31,781 bases of DNA from a virus. Its lineage: Duplodnaviria; Heunggongvirae; Uroviricota; Caudoviricetes. The position numbers and the translations under genes were made by a program. Under the pieces are notes generated by a model that saw only the letters and a program-made list of their open reading frames with translations, did not search any database and was not told the origin of the DNA. The stretch lies in IMG/VR virus record IMGVR_UViG_2579778929_000008; one strand, given 5' to 3'. Below, one piece after another: positions 19,801-31,610 of the stretch. Each line of letters opens with the position of its first letter. Positions within the stretch are counted from its first letter, which is position 1.

Positions 19801-19930
19801 CGATGGCACGAACGGGCAGATAGGTCCGGCTGCCCTGAAGGTGGTTTATGACCTTGGGAAAAAAGCGGCAGCGGACTTTATGCAACAGCAGGCCCGTGAT
19901 GGTGGTCGGTTAAGTGGAGCATATCGGTAA
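16865..19930 (+). CDS. H: Tail tape measure protein (gpH-like), 1021 aa
   Basis: GGAGGTG RBS then ATG at 16865. Long Ala/Gln/Glu-rich coiled-coil protein. The C-terminus overlaps the M start (TAATG at 19928-19932). Confidence 0.85.
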   Translation: MDQIANLVIDLGIDAAEFKNEIPRIKNLLNGAASDAERSSARMQRFMERQTQAARQTTQAASSAATAASVHAQTVEKNAQAHERMAREVEKTRQRMEALSQKMREEQAQAMALAEAQDKAAAAFYRQIDSVKQASAGLQELQRIQQQIRQARNSGGIGQQDYLALISEVTAKTRVLTQAEAEATRQKVAFIRQLKEQATRQNLSSSELLRARAAQLGVSSAAEVYIRKMERAGKATHSLGLKSAAARQEIGVLIGELARGNLGALRGSGITLANRAGWIDTLMSPKGMMLGGVIGGITAAVYGLGKAWYDGQKEGEEFNRQLSLTGHYAGVTAGQLWTLSRAISGNGITQHAAAGALAQVVGSGAFRGNDIGMVARAAAQMERSVGQSVSDTINQFKRLKDDPVNAAKALDNELHFLTATQLEQIRVLGDQGRSSDAARIAMSALAEETGRRTADIDNNLNALGSTLKYLSDLWSRFWDAAMNIGREDSLDEQIAALQEKVSRAKRLPWTASSSQVEYDQQRLNDLQEKKRQKDLQDAKEQAERNYQEQQKRRNAENAALNRMNETEAARHQREIARINSMQYADQAVRDAAIQRENERYEKALASGKKKTRETRNDEATRLLLQYSQQQAQVEGQIAAARQSAGIATEKMTEAHKQLLALQQRISDLDGKKLTADEKSVLARKDELIQALTLLDVKQQELQKQTALNDLKKKTIQLTSQLAEEERAQRQQHDLDIATVGMGDQQRQRYQVQLSLRQKYQQQLEQLRRESEQKGTYNTDDYRKAEQALTESLNRQLNENRRYWQQLEVVQGNWKNGVLRAFQDFTVDADNTAGTAEQVFSSAFSNMGNGLATFVTTGKLNFKSFTSSVLSDMAKILAQATMMKSIKGIGSVLGFDLSSLSLNANGGIYQSADLSRYSGTVVNRPTFFAFAKGAGVMGEAGPEAILPLRRGADGKLGVVADIGGSGMAMFAPQYNIEINNDGTNGQIGPAALKVVYDLGKKAAADFMQQQARDGGRLSGAYR

Positions 19931-20259
19931 TGGAGACGTTTCACTGGAAAGTGCGCCCGGATATGAATGTGGTATCAGAGCCGAAAGTGGTGACAGTGAA
20001 GCTGGGCGATGGTTATGAACAGCGTCGTGCGGCGGGACTGAATAACCAGTTGTCGACTTACAGCGTGACGATACGTGTTCGTAAATGTGAACACCCATCT
20101 TTAAAAGCCTTTCTGGAACGGCACGGTGGCGTCCGCGCATTTCAGTGGACGCCACCTTATGACTGGAAGCCGATCAGGGTGGTTTGTCGTAAATGGTCGG
20201 CAAGCGTAGGGGCGCTGTGGGTAACCATAACGGCAGATTTTGAACAGGTCGTGGCATAG
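19930..20259 (+). CDS. M: Minor tail protein M
   Basis: 109 aa beginning METFHWKVRPDMNVVSEPKVV...; same length and position as lambda M. Confidence 0.9.
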   Translation: METFHWKVRPDMNVVSEPKVVTVKLGDGYEQRRAAGLNNQLSTYSVTIRVRKCEHPSLKAFLERHGGVRAFQWTPPYDWKPIRVVCRKWSASVGALWVTITADFEQVVA

Positions 20260-20268
20260 GAGGCTCTG

Positions 20269-20967
20269 ATGCAGGATATTCCACAGGAAACACATCATGA
20301 GACGACACGCCTCACTCAGTCAGCCCAGGTGGTGCTCTGGGAAATCGATCTGACAGAGGTCGGTGGTGAACGTTATTTTTTCTGTAATGAGCAGAACGAA
20401 AAAGGTGAGCCGGTCACCTGGCAGGGGTGGCAGTATCAGCCGTATCCCATTCAGGGGACGGGATTTGAACTGAACGGTAAGGGCAGTGCTGCCCGTCCGA
20501 CACTGACGGTCTCTAACCTGCACGGCATAGTCACCGGGATGGCGGAAGACCTGCAGAGTCTGGTCGGCGGAACGGTGGTCAGGCGTAAGGTTTACGCCCG
20601 TTTTCTGGATGCGGTGAACTTCGTCAACGGAAACAGCGAAGCCGATCCGGAGCAGGAGGTGATCAGCCGCTGGCGCATCGAGCAGTGCAGCGAACTGAGC
20701 GCGGTCAGTGTCTCTTTTGTACTGTCCACACCGACTGAAACGGATGGCTCTGTTTTTCCGGGGCGTATCATGCTGGCCAACACCTGCACCTGGACCTATC
20801 GCGGCGATGAGTGCGGTTATAGCGGTCCGGCGGTCGCGGATGAATATGACCAGCCGACGTCCGATATCACGAAGGATAAATGCAGCAAATGCCTGAGCGG
20901 CTGTAAGTTTCGCAATAACGTCGGCAACTTTGGCGGCTTCCTTTCCATTAACAAACTTTCGCAGTAA
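20269..20967 (+). CDS. L: Minor tail protein L
   Basis: TAGGAGG RBS. The 232-aa product MQDIPQETHHETTRL...CSKCLSGCKFRNNVGNFGGFLSINKLSQ is near-identical to lambda L as recalled, including the Cys cluster. Confidence 0.9.
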   Translation: MQDIPQETHHETTRLTQSAQVVLWEIDLTEVGGERYFFCNEQNEKGEPVTWQGWQYQPYPIQGTGFELNGKGSAARPTLTVSNLHGIVTGMAEDLQSLVGGTVVRRKVYARFLDAVNFVNGNSEADPEQEVISRWRIEQCSELSAVSVSFVLSTPTETDGSVFPGRIMLANTCTWTYRGDECGYSGPAVADEYDQPTSDITKDKCSKCLSGCKFRNNVGNFGGFLSINKLSQ

Positions 20968-20971
20968 TCCC

Positions 20972-21715
20972 ATGACAGAGACAGAATCAGCGATTCTGGC
21001 GCACGCCCGGCGATGTGCGCCAGCGGAGTCGTGCGGCTTCGTGGTGAGAGCGCCGGAGGGGGAAAGATATTTTCCCTGCGTGAATATTTCCGGTGAGCCG
21101 GAGGATTATTTCCGGATGGCTCCGGAGGACTGGCTGCAGGCAGAGATGCAGGGTGAGATTGTGGCACTGGTCCACAGCCACCCCGGTGGTCTGCCCTGGC
21201 TGAGTGAGGCCGACCGGCGGCTGCAGGTGCAGAGTGATTTGCCGTGGTGGCTGGTCTGCCGGGGGGCGATTCACAAGTTCCGCTGTGTGCCACATCTTAC
21301 CGGGCGGCGCTTTGAGCACGGGGTGACGGACTGTTACACGCTGTTCCGGGATGCTTACCATCTGGCGGGGATTGAGATGCCGGATTTTCATCGCGAGGAT
21401 GACTGGTGGCGTCACGGTCAGAATCTCTATCTGGATAATCTGGAGGCCACAGGGCTGTATCAGGTGCCGTTGTCAGCGGCGCAGCCGGGCGATGTGCTGC
21501 TGTGCTGTTTTGGTTCATCGGTGCCGAATCATGCCGCCATTTACTGTGGTGACGGCGAGCTGCTGCACCATATTCCTGAACAACTGAGCAAACGAGAGAG
21601 GTATACCGACAAATGGCAGCGACGCACACACTCCCTCTGGCGTCACCGGGCATGGCACGCATCTGCCTTTACGGGGATTTACAACGATTTGGCCGCCGCA
21701 TCGACCTTCGTGTGA
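20972..21715 (+). CDS. K: Tail assembly protein K (MPN/JAB plus NlpC/P60-like domains)
   Basis: ATG at 20972 is 5 nt after the L stop (track ORF starts upstream at 20930). HSHPGG (JAMM-like) motif. Position as lambda K. Confidence 0.85.
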   Translation: MTETESAILAHARRCAPAESCGFVVRAPEGERYFPCVNISGEPEDYFRMAPEDWLQAEMQGEIVALVHSHPGGLPWLSEADRRLQVQSDLPWWLVCRGAIHKFRCVPHLTGRRFEHGVTDCYTLFRDAYHLAGIEMPDFHREDDWWRHGQNLYLDNLEATGLYQVPLSAAQPGDVLLCCFGSSVPNHAAIYCGDGELLHHIPEQLSKRERYTDKWQRRTHSLWRHRAWHASAFTGIYNDLAAASTFV

Positions 21716-22260
21716 AAACGGGGGCTGAAGCCATCCGGGCGCTGGCCACACAGCTTCCGTCGTTTCGCCAGAAACTGAATGAGGGCTGGTATCAGGTGCG
21801 CATTTCCGGGCGTGATGCAGGCGAAAATGAATTATCTGCCCGTCTTAATGAACCGCTGGCAAATGGTGCCGTGATCCACGTCGTTCCGCGTCTGGCGGGT
21901 GCCAAAAGTGGCGGTGTGTTTCAGGCGGTGCTGGGTGCGGCGCTGATTGCGGTGGCATGGTGGAACCCTGTTGGCTGGCTGGGGGCCGCGGCTGTATCGG
22001 GTCTGTATGCAGCAGGGGCCAGTATGATCCTGGGTGGTGTGGCGCAGATGCTGGCACCGAAAGCCAGGACGCCCACGGCAGCCAGTACAGATAACGGCAA
22101 ACAGAACACGTATTTCTCGTCACTGGATAACATGGTTGCCCAGGGCAATGTTCTGCCTGTTCTGTACGGTGAAATGCGTGTGGGGTCTCGTGTGGTTTCT
22201 CAGGAGATCAGCACGGCAGATGAAGGGGACGGTGGTCAGGTTGTGGTGATTGGCCGCTGA
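21613..22260 (+). CDS. I: Tail assembly protein I
   Basis: MAATHTLPLASPGMARICLYGDLQRFGRRIDLRVKTGAEAIRALATQLP...GQVVVIGR matches lambda I as recalled. Overlaps the 3' end of K by about 100 nt. Confidence 0.85.
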   Translation: MAATHTLPLASPGMARICLYGDLQRFGRRIDLRVKTGAEAIRALATQLPSFRQKLNEGWYQVRISGRDAGENELSARLNEPLANGAVIHVVPRLAGAKSGGVFQAVLGAALIAVAWWNPVGWLGAAAVSGLYAAGASMILGGVAQMLAPKARTPTAASTDNGKQNTYFSSLDNMVAQGNVLPVLYGEMRVGSRVVSQEISTADEGDGGQVVVIGR

Positions 22261-22278
22261 TGCAAAATGTTTTATGTG

Positions 22279-22300
22279 AAACCGCCTGCGGGCGGTTTTG
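22279..22300 (+). terminator. Terminator-like hairpin plus T-run between I and J
   Basis: ACCGCC-TGCG-GGCGGT followed by TTTTG. Confidence 0.4.
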
Positions 22301-22320
22301 TCGTTTATGGAGCATGACGA

Positions 22321-22761
22321 ATGGGTAAAGGCAGCAGTAAGGGGCATACCCCGCGCGAAGCGAAGGACAACCTGAAGTCCACGCAGCTGCTGAGTGTGAT
22401 CGATGCCATCAGCGAAGGGCCGGTTGAAGGTCCGGTGGATGGATTAAAAAGCGTGCTGCTGAACAGTACGCCGGTGCTGGACAGTGAGGGGAATACCAAT
22501 ATATCCGGCGTCACGGTGGTGTTCCGGGCCGGTGAGCAGGAGCAGACACCGCCGGAGGGATTTGAATCCTCCGGCTCCGAGACGGTGCTCGGTACAGAAG
22601 TGAAATATGACACGCCGATCACCCGGACCATCACGTCGGCAAACATTGACCGTCTGCGTTTTACTTTCGGCGTGCAGGCACTGGTGGAAACAACCTCAAA
22701 GGGGGACAGGAATCCATCGGAAGTCCGCCTGCTGGTTCAGATACAACGTAACGGTGGCTGA
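22321..22761 (+). CDS. J: Tail tip attachment/host specificity protein J, N-terminal 146 codons ending at an in-frame TGA
   Basis: MGKGSSKGHTPREAKDNLKSTQLLSVIDAISEGPVEGPVDGLKSVLLNSTPVLDSEGNTNISGVTVV...LVQIQRNGG then TGA at 22759-22761. As I recall lambda J, the next residue is Trp (TGG). Confidence 0.85.
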   Translation: MGKGSSKGHTPREAKDNLKSTQLLSVIDAISEGPVEGPVDGLKSVLLNSTPVLDSEGNTNISGVTVVFRAGEQEQTPPEGFESSGSETVLGTEVKYDTPITRTITSANIDRLRFTFGVQALVETTSKGDRNPSEVRLLVQIQRNGG

Positions 22762-25719
<2,958 letters not shown>

Positions 25720-25737
25720 ATTTTATAACCCATAACG

Positions 25738-25763
25738 GGCGTCAGAAATGACGCCTTTTTTAT
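25738..25763 (+). terminator. Intrinsic terminator after J
   Basis: GGGCGTCA-GAAA-TGACGCC followed by TTTTTT. Confidence 0.6.
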
Positions 25764-25785
25764 TGCAGAAAAGCGAGAGGTAATT

Positions 25786-26385
25786 ATGCGTAAACTTTAT
25801 GCCGCCATTTTGTCCGCAGCCATTTGTCTGGCCGTATCCGGTGCGCCTGCATGGGCGTCTGAACATCAGTCCACGCTGAGCGCGGGGTATCTTCATGCCC
25901 GGACGAACGTTCCCGGCAGTGATGATCTGAACGGGATTAACGTGAAATACCGTTATGAGTTTACGGACACACTGGGGATGGTGACGTCGTTCAGCTATGC
26001 AGGAGACAAGAATCGCCAGATTACCCGTTACAGCGATACCCGCTGGCATGAAGATTCCGTGCGTAACCGCTGGTTCAGCGTGATGGTGGGGCCGTCTGTG
26101 CGCGTGAATGAATGGTTCAGCGCGTATGCGATGGCGGGTATGGCTTACAGCCGTGTGTCGACTTTCTCCGGGGATTATCTCCGCGTAACTGACAACAAGG
26201 GGAAAACGCACGACGTGCTGACCGGAAGTGATGACGGTCGCCACAGCAACACGTCTCTGGCGTGGGGAGCTGGCGTGCAGTTTAACCCGACCGAATCCGT
26301 GGCCATTGATGTCGCTTATGAAGGCTCCGGCAGTGGTGACTGGCGCACTGACGGGTTCATCGTGGGTGTTGGTTATAAATTCTGA
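25786..26385 (+). CDS. lom: Lom/Ail-family outer-membrane beta-barrel protein (moron)
   Basis: Signal peptide [24 protein letters not shown]; alternating-hydrophobic beta strands; C-terminal aromatic (GVGYKF). Position between J and stf as in lambda. Confidence 0.85.
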   Translation: MRKLYAAILSAAICLAVSGAPAWASEHQSTLSAGYLHARTNVPGSDDLNGINVKYRYEFTDTLGMVTSFSYAGDKNRQITRYSDTRWHEDSVRNRWFSVMVGPSVRVNEWFSAYAMAGMAYSRVSTFSGDYLRVTDNKGKTHDVLTGSDDGRHSNTSLAWGAGVQFNPTESVAIDVAYEGSGSGDWRTDGFIVGVGYKF

Positions 26386-26411
26386 TTAGCCAGGTAACAC
26401 AGTGTTATGAC

Positions 26412-26439
26412 AGCCCGCCGGTTCAGGCGGGCTTTTTTG
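26412..26439 (+). terminator. Intrinsic terminator after lom
   Basis: AGCCCGCC-GGTTCA-GGCGGGCT followed by TTTTTT. Confidence 0.65.
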
Positions 26440-26449
26440 TGGGGTGAAT

Positions 26450-29400
26450 ATGGCAGTAAAAATTTCAGGTGTACTGAAAGACGGCACAGGAAAACCGGTA
26501 CAGAACTGCACAATCCAGCTGAAAGCAAAACGTAACAGTACCACGGTGGTGGTGAACACGCTGGCCTCAGAAAATCCGGATGAAGCCGGGCGTTACAGCA
26601 TGGACGTTGAGTACGGTCAGTACAGCGTTATTCTGTTGGTGGAAGGATTCCCGCCGTCACATGCCGGGACCATCACCGTGTATGAAGATTCCCGACCCGG
26701 TACGCTGAATGATTTTCTCGGTTCCATGACGGAGGATGATGCCCGTCCTGAGGCACTGCGCCGTTTTGAACTGATGGTGGAAGAGGTGGCGCGTAACGCG
26801 TCCGCGGTGGCACAGAACACGGCAGCCGCGAAGAAGTCAGCCAGCGATGCCAGCACATCAGCCCGTGAGGCGGCAACCCATGCGACTGATGCTGCAGGCT
26901 CAGCACGCGCAGCCAGAACGTCAGCCGGACAGGCCGCGATGTCGGCTCAGTCAGCGTCTTCCAGCGCAGGAACGGCATCGACAAAGGCCAGTGAAGCAGC
27001 GAAAAGTGCTGCTGCTGCAGAGTCATCAAAAAGCGCGGCAGCTACCAGTGCCGGTGCGGCGAAAACGTCAGAAACGAATGCGGCAGCGTCACAAAAATCG
27101 GCAGCCACTTCTGCATCCACAGCGACCACGAAGGCGTCAGAAGCTGCCACCTCAGCACGGGATGCGGCGGCCTCAAAAGAGGCAGCGAAATCATCAGAAA
27201 CGAATGCATCATCAAGTGCCAGTAGTGCAGCTTCCTCGGCAACGGCGGCAGGAAATTCCGCGAAGGCGGCAAAAACGTCCGAGACGAACGCTAAGTCTTC
27301 TGAAACAGCAGCGGGACAGAGCGCCTCAGCTGCGGCAGGTTCAAAAACAGCGGCTGCGTCGTCTGCCAGTGCTGCGTCAACAAGTGCCGGGCAGGCCTCA
27401 GCCAGTGCCACCGCCGCCGGAAAATCGGCAGAAAGCGCCGCATCATCCGCTTCAACAGCCACAACGAAGGCTGGCAAAGCCACTGAGCAAGCCACTGCAG
27501 CAGCGAGGTCTGCTTCTGCAGCAAAAACCTCTGAAACAAATGCAAAGACTTCAGCAGACAATGCTGCTTCCTCTAAGGCGGCAGCCGCATCGTCCGCTGG
27601 TTCAGCGGCGTCATCGGCATCATCTGCGTCTGCTTCAAAAGATGAGGCGACCAGACAAGCGTCAGCAGCGAAAGGTAGTGCCACGACAGCAACAACGAAA
27701 GCATCAGAGGCGGCAGGCAGTGCGACGGCTGCATCTCAGAGCAAAGTTGCTGCTGAATCCGCGGCAACGCGTGCCGAAACAGCGGCAAAACGGGCAGAGG
27801 ATATTGCTGATGCCGTATCTCTGGAAGATGCAAGTACGACGAAAAAGGGGATAGTACAGCTCAGCAGTGCGACCAACAGTACGTCTGAAACGCTGGCGGC
27901 AACGCCAAAGGCAGTAAAATCAGCCTATGACAATGCAGAGAAACGTCTGCAGAAAGACCAGAACGGCGCTGATATACCCGATAAGGGACGCTTCCTGAAC
28001 AACATTAACGCGGTCAGTAAAACAGACTTTGCTGATAAGCGTGGTATGCGTTATGTGCGGGTTAACGCTCCTGCAGGTGCAACATCTGGAAAATATTACC
28101 CTGTTGTTGTTATGCGTTCTGCTGGCTCAGTAAGCGAACTGGCATCAAGGGTCATTATCACCACGGCAACGCGAACCGCAGGCGATCCGATGAATAACTG
28201 CGAGTTTAACGGATTTGTTATGCCTGGTGGCTGGACTGACAGGGGGCGTTATGCTTATGGAATGTTCTGGCAATATCAAAACAATGAACGAGCCATCCAC
28301 TCAATAATGATGAGTAATAAGGGCGATGATTTGCGCTCTGTGTTCTATGTTGATGGCGCTGCTTTCCCTGTTTTTGCGTTTATCGAAGATGGCCTGTCAA
28401 TATCCGCACCTGGTGCTGATCTCGTTGTTAATGATACGACCTATAAGTTTGGGGCAACAAATCCAGCGACTGAATGTATCGCGGCGGACGTTATCCTTGA
28501 TTTTAAGAGTGGGCGTGGTTTTTATGAGTCTCATTCGTTAATCGTTAACGATAACTTGTCGTGCAAAAAACTTTTTGCCACAGACGAAATTGTAGCGCGT
28601 GGTGGTAATCAGATTCGAATGATAGGTGGGGAGTATGGTGCATTATGGCGTAATGATGGTGCTAAAACTTACCTGCTGCTTACCAATCAAGGTGATGTTT
28701 ATGGTGGCTGGAATACATTAAGACCGTTTGCTATTGATAACGCAACCGGCGAACTGGTTATTGGAACCAAACTGTCCGCAAGTCTGAACGGTAATGCATT
28801 AACAGCAACAAAGCTGCAAACGCCAAGACGGGTTTCTGGTGTTGAGTTTGATGGTTCCAAAGATATTACTTTAACCGCCGCGCATGTTGCTGCTTTTGCC
28901 AGAAGAGCAACAAATACATATGCCGATGCGGATGGGGGCGTTCCATGGAATGCCGAATCAGGCGCTTACAATGTCACCCGCTCTGGCGACAGCTATATTC
29001 TGGTTAACTTCTATACCGGAGTCGGAAGTTGCCGGACATTGCAGATGAAGGCGCATTACAGAAATGGTGGTCTGTTCTACCGTTCTTCAAGAGACGGTTA
29101 TGGTTTTGAGGATGACTGGGCAGAAGTTTATACCTCGAAAAATCTTCCACCAGAAAGCTACCCAGTCGGCGCACCAATCCCGTGGCCATCAGATACCGTT
29201 CCGTCTGGTTATGCCCTGATGCAGGGGCAGACTTTTGACAAATCTGCTTACCCGAAACTTGCAGTGGCTTATCCGTCAGGCGTTATTCCTGATATGCGTG
29301 GCTGGACGATTAAGGGCAAGCCCGCCAGTGATCGAGCCGTATTGTCTCAGGAACAGGACGGCATTAAATCGCACACCCACAGCGCCAGCGCATCCAGTAC

Positions 29401-29863
29401 GGATTTGGGGACGAAAACCACATCGTCGTTTGATTACGGCACTAAATCCACGAATAACACCGGGGCGCATACGCACAGTCTGAGTGGCTCTACGGGGTCT
29501 GCCGGTGATCATACTCATGGTAATGGTATTCGTTGGCCAGGAGGCGGCGGTTCTGCGTTAGCATTTTATGATGGCGGTGGGTTCACTTATGTCCAGGATT
29601 CACAGTATCAAGTAAGGCCGGAGACTTCTTCCTATAGATCGTATTATCAACGTATTCAGACACAGTCAGCAGGTGCTCATACCCACTCGCTGTCTGGTAC
29701 TGCAGCAAGTTCTGGCGCACATGCACATACTGTAGGTATTGGTGCGCATACGCACTCCGTTGCGATTGGTTCACATGGACACACCATCACCGTTAACGCT
29801 GCGGGTAACGCGGAAAACACCGTCAAAAACATCGCATTTAACTATATTGTGAGGCTTGCATAA
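26450..29863 (+). CDS. stf: Side tail fiber protein (Stf), 1137 aa
   Basis: ATG at 26450 (track starts at GTG 26444). N-terminus [37 protein letters not shown]... and C-terminus ...GAHTHSLSG...[22 protein letters not shown] match lambda Stf as recalled. Long Ala/Ser/Thr-rich repeats; His-rich GxHxH motifs near the C-terminus. Confidence 0.85.
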   Translation: MAVKISGVLKDGTGKPVQNCTIQLKAKRNSTTVVVNTLASENPDEAGRYSMDVEYGQYSVILLVEGFPPSHAGTITVYEDSRPGTLNDFLGSMTEDDARPEALRRFELMVEEVARNASAVAQNTAAAKKSASDASTSAREAATHATDAAGSARAARTSAGQAAMSAQSASSSAGTASTKASEAAKSAAAAESSKSAAATSAGAAKTSETNAAASQKSAATSASTATTKASEAATSARDAAASKEAAKSSETNASSSASSAASSATAAGNSAKAAKTSETNAKSSETAAGQSASAAAGSKTAAASSASAASTSAGQASASATAAGKSAESAASSASTATTKAGKATEQATAAARSASAAKTSETNAKTSADNAASSKAAAASSAGSAASSASSASASKDEATRQASAAKGSATTATTKASEAAGSATAASQSKVAAESAATRAETAAKRAEDIADAVSLEDASTTKKGIVQLSSATNSTSETLAATPKAVKSAYDNAEKRLQKDQNGADIPDKGRFLNNINAVSKTDFADKRGMRYVRVNAPAGATSGKYYPVVVMRSAGSVSELASRVIITTATRTAGDPMNNCEFNGFVMPGGWTDRGRYAYGMFWQYQNNERAIHSIMMSNKGDDLRSVFYVDGAAFPVFAFIEDGLSISAPGADLVVNDTTYKFGATNPATECIAADVILDFKSGRGFYESHSLIVNDNLSCKKLFATDEIVARGGNQIRMIGGEYGALWRNDGAKTYLLLTNQGDVYGGWNTLRPFAIDNATGELVIGTKLSASLNGNALTATKLQTPRRVSGVEFDGSKDITLTAAHVAAFARRATNTYADADGGVPWNAESGAYNVTRSGDSYILVNFYTGVGSCRTLQMKAHYRNGGLFYRSSRDGYGFEDDWAEVYTSKNLPPESYPVGAPIPWPSDTVPSGYALMQGQTFDKSAYPKLAVAYPSGVIPDMRGWTIKGKPASDRAVLSQEQDGIKSHTHSASASSTDLGTKTTSSFDYGTKSTNNTGAHTHSLSGSTGSAGDHTHGNGIRWPGGGGSALAFYDGGGFTYVQDSQYQVRPETSSYRSYYQRIQTQSAGAHTHSLSGTAASSGAHAHTVGIGAHTHSVAIGSHGHTITVNAAGNAENTVKNIAFNYIVRLA
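26800..27800 (+). repeat. Imperfect tandem coding repeats inside stf (Ala/Ser/Thr-rich; units such as AAKTSETNA / [13 protein letters not shown])
   Basis: Recurrent nucleotide motifs (GCGGCAAAAACGTCAGAAACGAATGC and variants) produce low-complexity ORFs in all three forward and reverse frames (track ORFs 26847..27854 and 26947..27684). Confidence 0.6.
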
Positions 29864-30447
29864 TGGCATTCAGAATGAGTGAACAAGCACGGACCATAAA
29901 AATTTATAATCTGCTGGCCGGAACTAATGAATTTATTGGTGAAGGTGACGCATATATTCCGCCTCATACAGGTCTGCCAGCAAACAGTACCGATATTGCA
30001 CCACCAGATATTCCTGCTGGCTTTGTGGCTGTTTTCAACAGTGATGAGGCATCGTGGCATCTCGTTGAAGACCATCGGGGTAAAACGGTTTATGACGTAG
30101 CGTCAGGGGGCGAGTTATTTATTTCTGAACTCGGTCCGTTACCGGAAAATGTTACCTGGTTATCGCCGGAAGGGGAGTTTCAGAAGTGGAACGGCACAGC
30201 CTGGGTGAAGGATACGGAAGCAGAAAAACTGTTCCGGATCCGGGAGGCGGAAGAAACAAAAAACAGCCTGATGCAGGTAGCCAGCGAGCATATTGCGCCG
30301 CTTCAGGATGCTGCAGATCTGGAAATTGCAACAGAGGAAGAAATCTCGTTGCTGGAAGCCTGGAAAAAGTATCGGGTGTTGCTGAACCGTGTTGATACAT
30401 CAACTGCACCTGATATTGAGTGGCCTACGAACCCTGTCAGGGAGTAA
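29863..30447 (+). CDS. tfa: Tail fiber assembly protein Tfa (194 aa)
   Basis: Start overlaps the stf stop (TAATG). [79 protein letters not shown]... matches lambda Tfa as recalled. Confidence 0.9.
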   Translation: MAFRMSEQARTIKIYNLLAGTNEFIGEGDAYIPPHTGLPANSTDIAPPDIPAGFVAVFNSDEASWHLVEDHRGKTVYDVASGGELFISELGPLPENVTWLSPEGEFQKWNGTAWVKDTEAEKLFRIREAEETKNSLMQVASEHIAPLQDAADLEIATEEEISLLEAWKKYRVLLNRVDTSTAPDIEWPTNPVRE

Positions 30448-30496
30448 TCATTGGGATTATGCCGCAGCACGTCTTAAGCAAGAACGTGCTGCGGTT
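30292..30496. repeat. Direct repeat copy 1 (~205 bp; tfa 3' end plus ~50 bp downstream including a 10-bp-stem palindrome)
   Basis: ATTGCGCC...GTTGATACATCAACTGCACCTGATATTGAGTGGCCT...CCTGTCAGGGAGTAATCATTGGGATTATGCCGCAG...CGTGCTGCGGTT recurs at 31341-31546 with roughly 85-90 percent identity by eye. Confidence 0.7.
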
Positions 30497-30501
30497 GGAT
30501 G

Positions 30502-31158
30502 CTATTTTTTCCCTGAAGCGGAAAACATTACTACAGTACCTTGAACCTTGGTTTTAACATTCTCGAAATGCTCTGAGAGTATATGTGTTAAGCCTTCTTC
30601 GGAATCTTTTGTGTTTGAAAAGATGCCTTTCTGATTGTAAATGCGCATCAGTTTTTGACCGAAGCTATTGTGCACAACTCCATCGCCAAGAATTGTGGCT
30701 CCGTATAGAGTTCCATCGTCAGTTAAGGCCTGCGCCGCATTGCGTATTACACAGCTTTTTGTAGATATATTTCCAGGCAGGCAGTGAAGAAGGTAAAACA
30801 TGGAAATGGAATCAAATTGACCATGTAACGCCGCGGGATAAGGTTCAAAAACATCATGGCTAATTTTATGTTTAATTTTTGATTCCCCAGCCCTTGTAGA
30901 TGCCGCGTTCAGGCTAGCTTCGTTCAAATCCATTAAAGATATCAGACTACTCTCAGGTACGTGAGTAAGGTAAAACCCAGTTCCAACACCAATATCCAGA
31001 TGGTTGTTACCTACATGTTCCAGAAAGTGTGGAAGAAGGTGTTCCTTTGTAGGACATCCCCATGCAAGCCGATTTGATACTCCCAAAACCCACCAGTCAT
31101 AAAGCTTTAGGGTAAGTGGTGTGTAAATTTTAGCCCCATCATCTGTGTTTTTTTTCAT
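30502..31158 (-). CDS. Class I SAM-dependent methyltransferase (218 aa), substrate unknown; AT-rich moron
   Basis: Minus-strand ORF; GGTGA RBS 5 nt before ATG at 31158 (track start 31170 has no RBS). Motif I ...HLDIGVGTGFYL... in a Rossmann-fold context. No DPPY/NPPY motif, so probably not an amino-methylating DNA methyltransferase. Markedly AT-richer than flanking phage genes (by eye). Confidence 0.7.
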   Translation of the reverse strand: MKKNTDDGAKIYTPLTLKLYDWWVLGVSNRLAWGCPTKEHLLPHFLEHVGNNHLDIGVGTGFYLTHVPESSLISLMDLNEASLNAASTRAGESKIKHKISHDVFEPYPAALHGQFDSISMFYLLHCLPGNISTKSCVIRNAAQALTDDGTLYGATILGDGVVHNSFGQKLMRIYNQKGIFSNTKDSEEGLTHILSEHFENVKTKVQGTVVMFSASGKK

Positions 31159-31226
31159 TGATTTCACCATGTTATAGTTTTATTTGTGAATTAAATCAAT
31201 TATGGCGATGAATTACAAGGGGTTAA

Positions 31227-31496
31227 ATGCTGCCGCAGCATAGCGATATTGAAATAGCCTGGTATGCTTCGATACAGCAGGAGCCGAATGGCTGGAAGAC
31301 CGTCACCACACAGTTCTACATCCAGGAATTCAGTGAGTATATTGCGCCACTGCAGGATGCTGTAGATCTGGAAATCGCAACGGAGGAAGAAAGATCGTTG
31401 CTGGAGGCATGGAATAAATATCGGGTATTGTTGAATCGTGTTGATACATCAACTGCACCTGATATTGAGTGGCCTGCAAATCCTGTCAGGGAGTAA
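31227..31496 (+). pseudogene. Second, truncated tfa-like ORF (89 codons; C-terminal domain only)
   Basis: C-terminal 55 aa (...[51 protein letters not shown]) are near-identical to the Tfa C-terminus at 30286-30447; N-terminal 35 aa are unrelated. AAGGGG RBS precedes the ATG, so it may still be translated. Confidence 0.55.
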
Positions 31497-31546
31497 TCAT
31501 TGGGATTATGCCGCAGACACGTCGTATGCAGGAACGTGCTGCGGTT
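31341..31546. repeat. Direct repeat copy 2
   Basis: See copy 1 (30292-30496). Confidence 0.7.
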
Positions 31547-31610
31547 AGTTTGTGAGCTTTCGATAGTGGTTGTTATTTTTGCCCTTATTTGTTCCGGAGG
31601 CCATGGTTCA

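Noticed and set aside
20320-20973. 217-codon minus-strand ORF
   Set aside because: Antisense to gene L, which is near-identical to lambda L on the + strand.
26847-27854. 335-codon + strand ORF rich in Arg/Gln/Pro and the 245-codon minus-strand Ala/Asp-rich ORF at 26947..27684
   Set aside because: Alternative-frame readings of the repetitive Ala/Ser/Thr-coding tract inside stf. Open only because the repeats lack stop codons in those frames.
30292-31546. Possible invertible tail-fiber segment (Pin/Gin/Cin-type shufflon)
   Set aside because: The repeats flanking the methyltransferase are direct, not inverted. No serine-recombinase/invertase gene is present in the window and no gix-like crossover sites were recognised.
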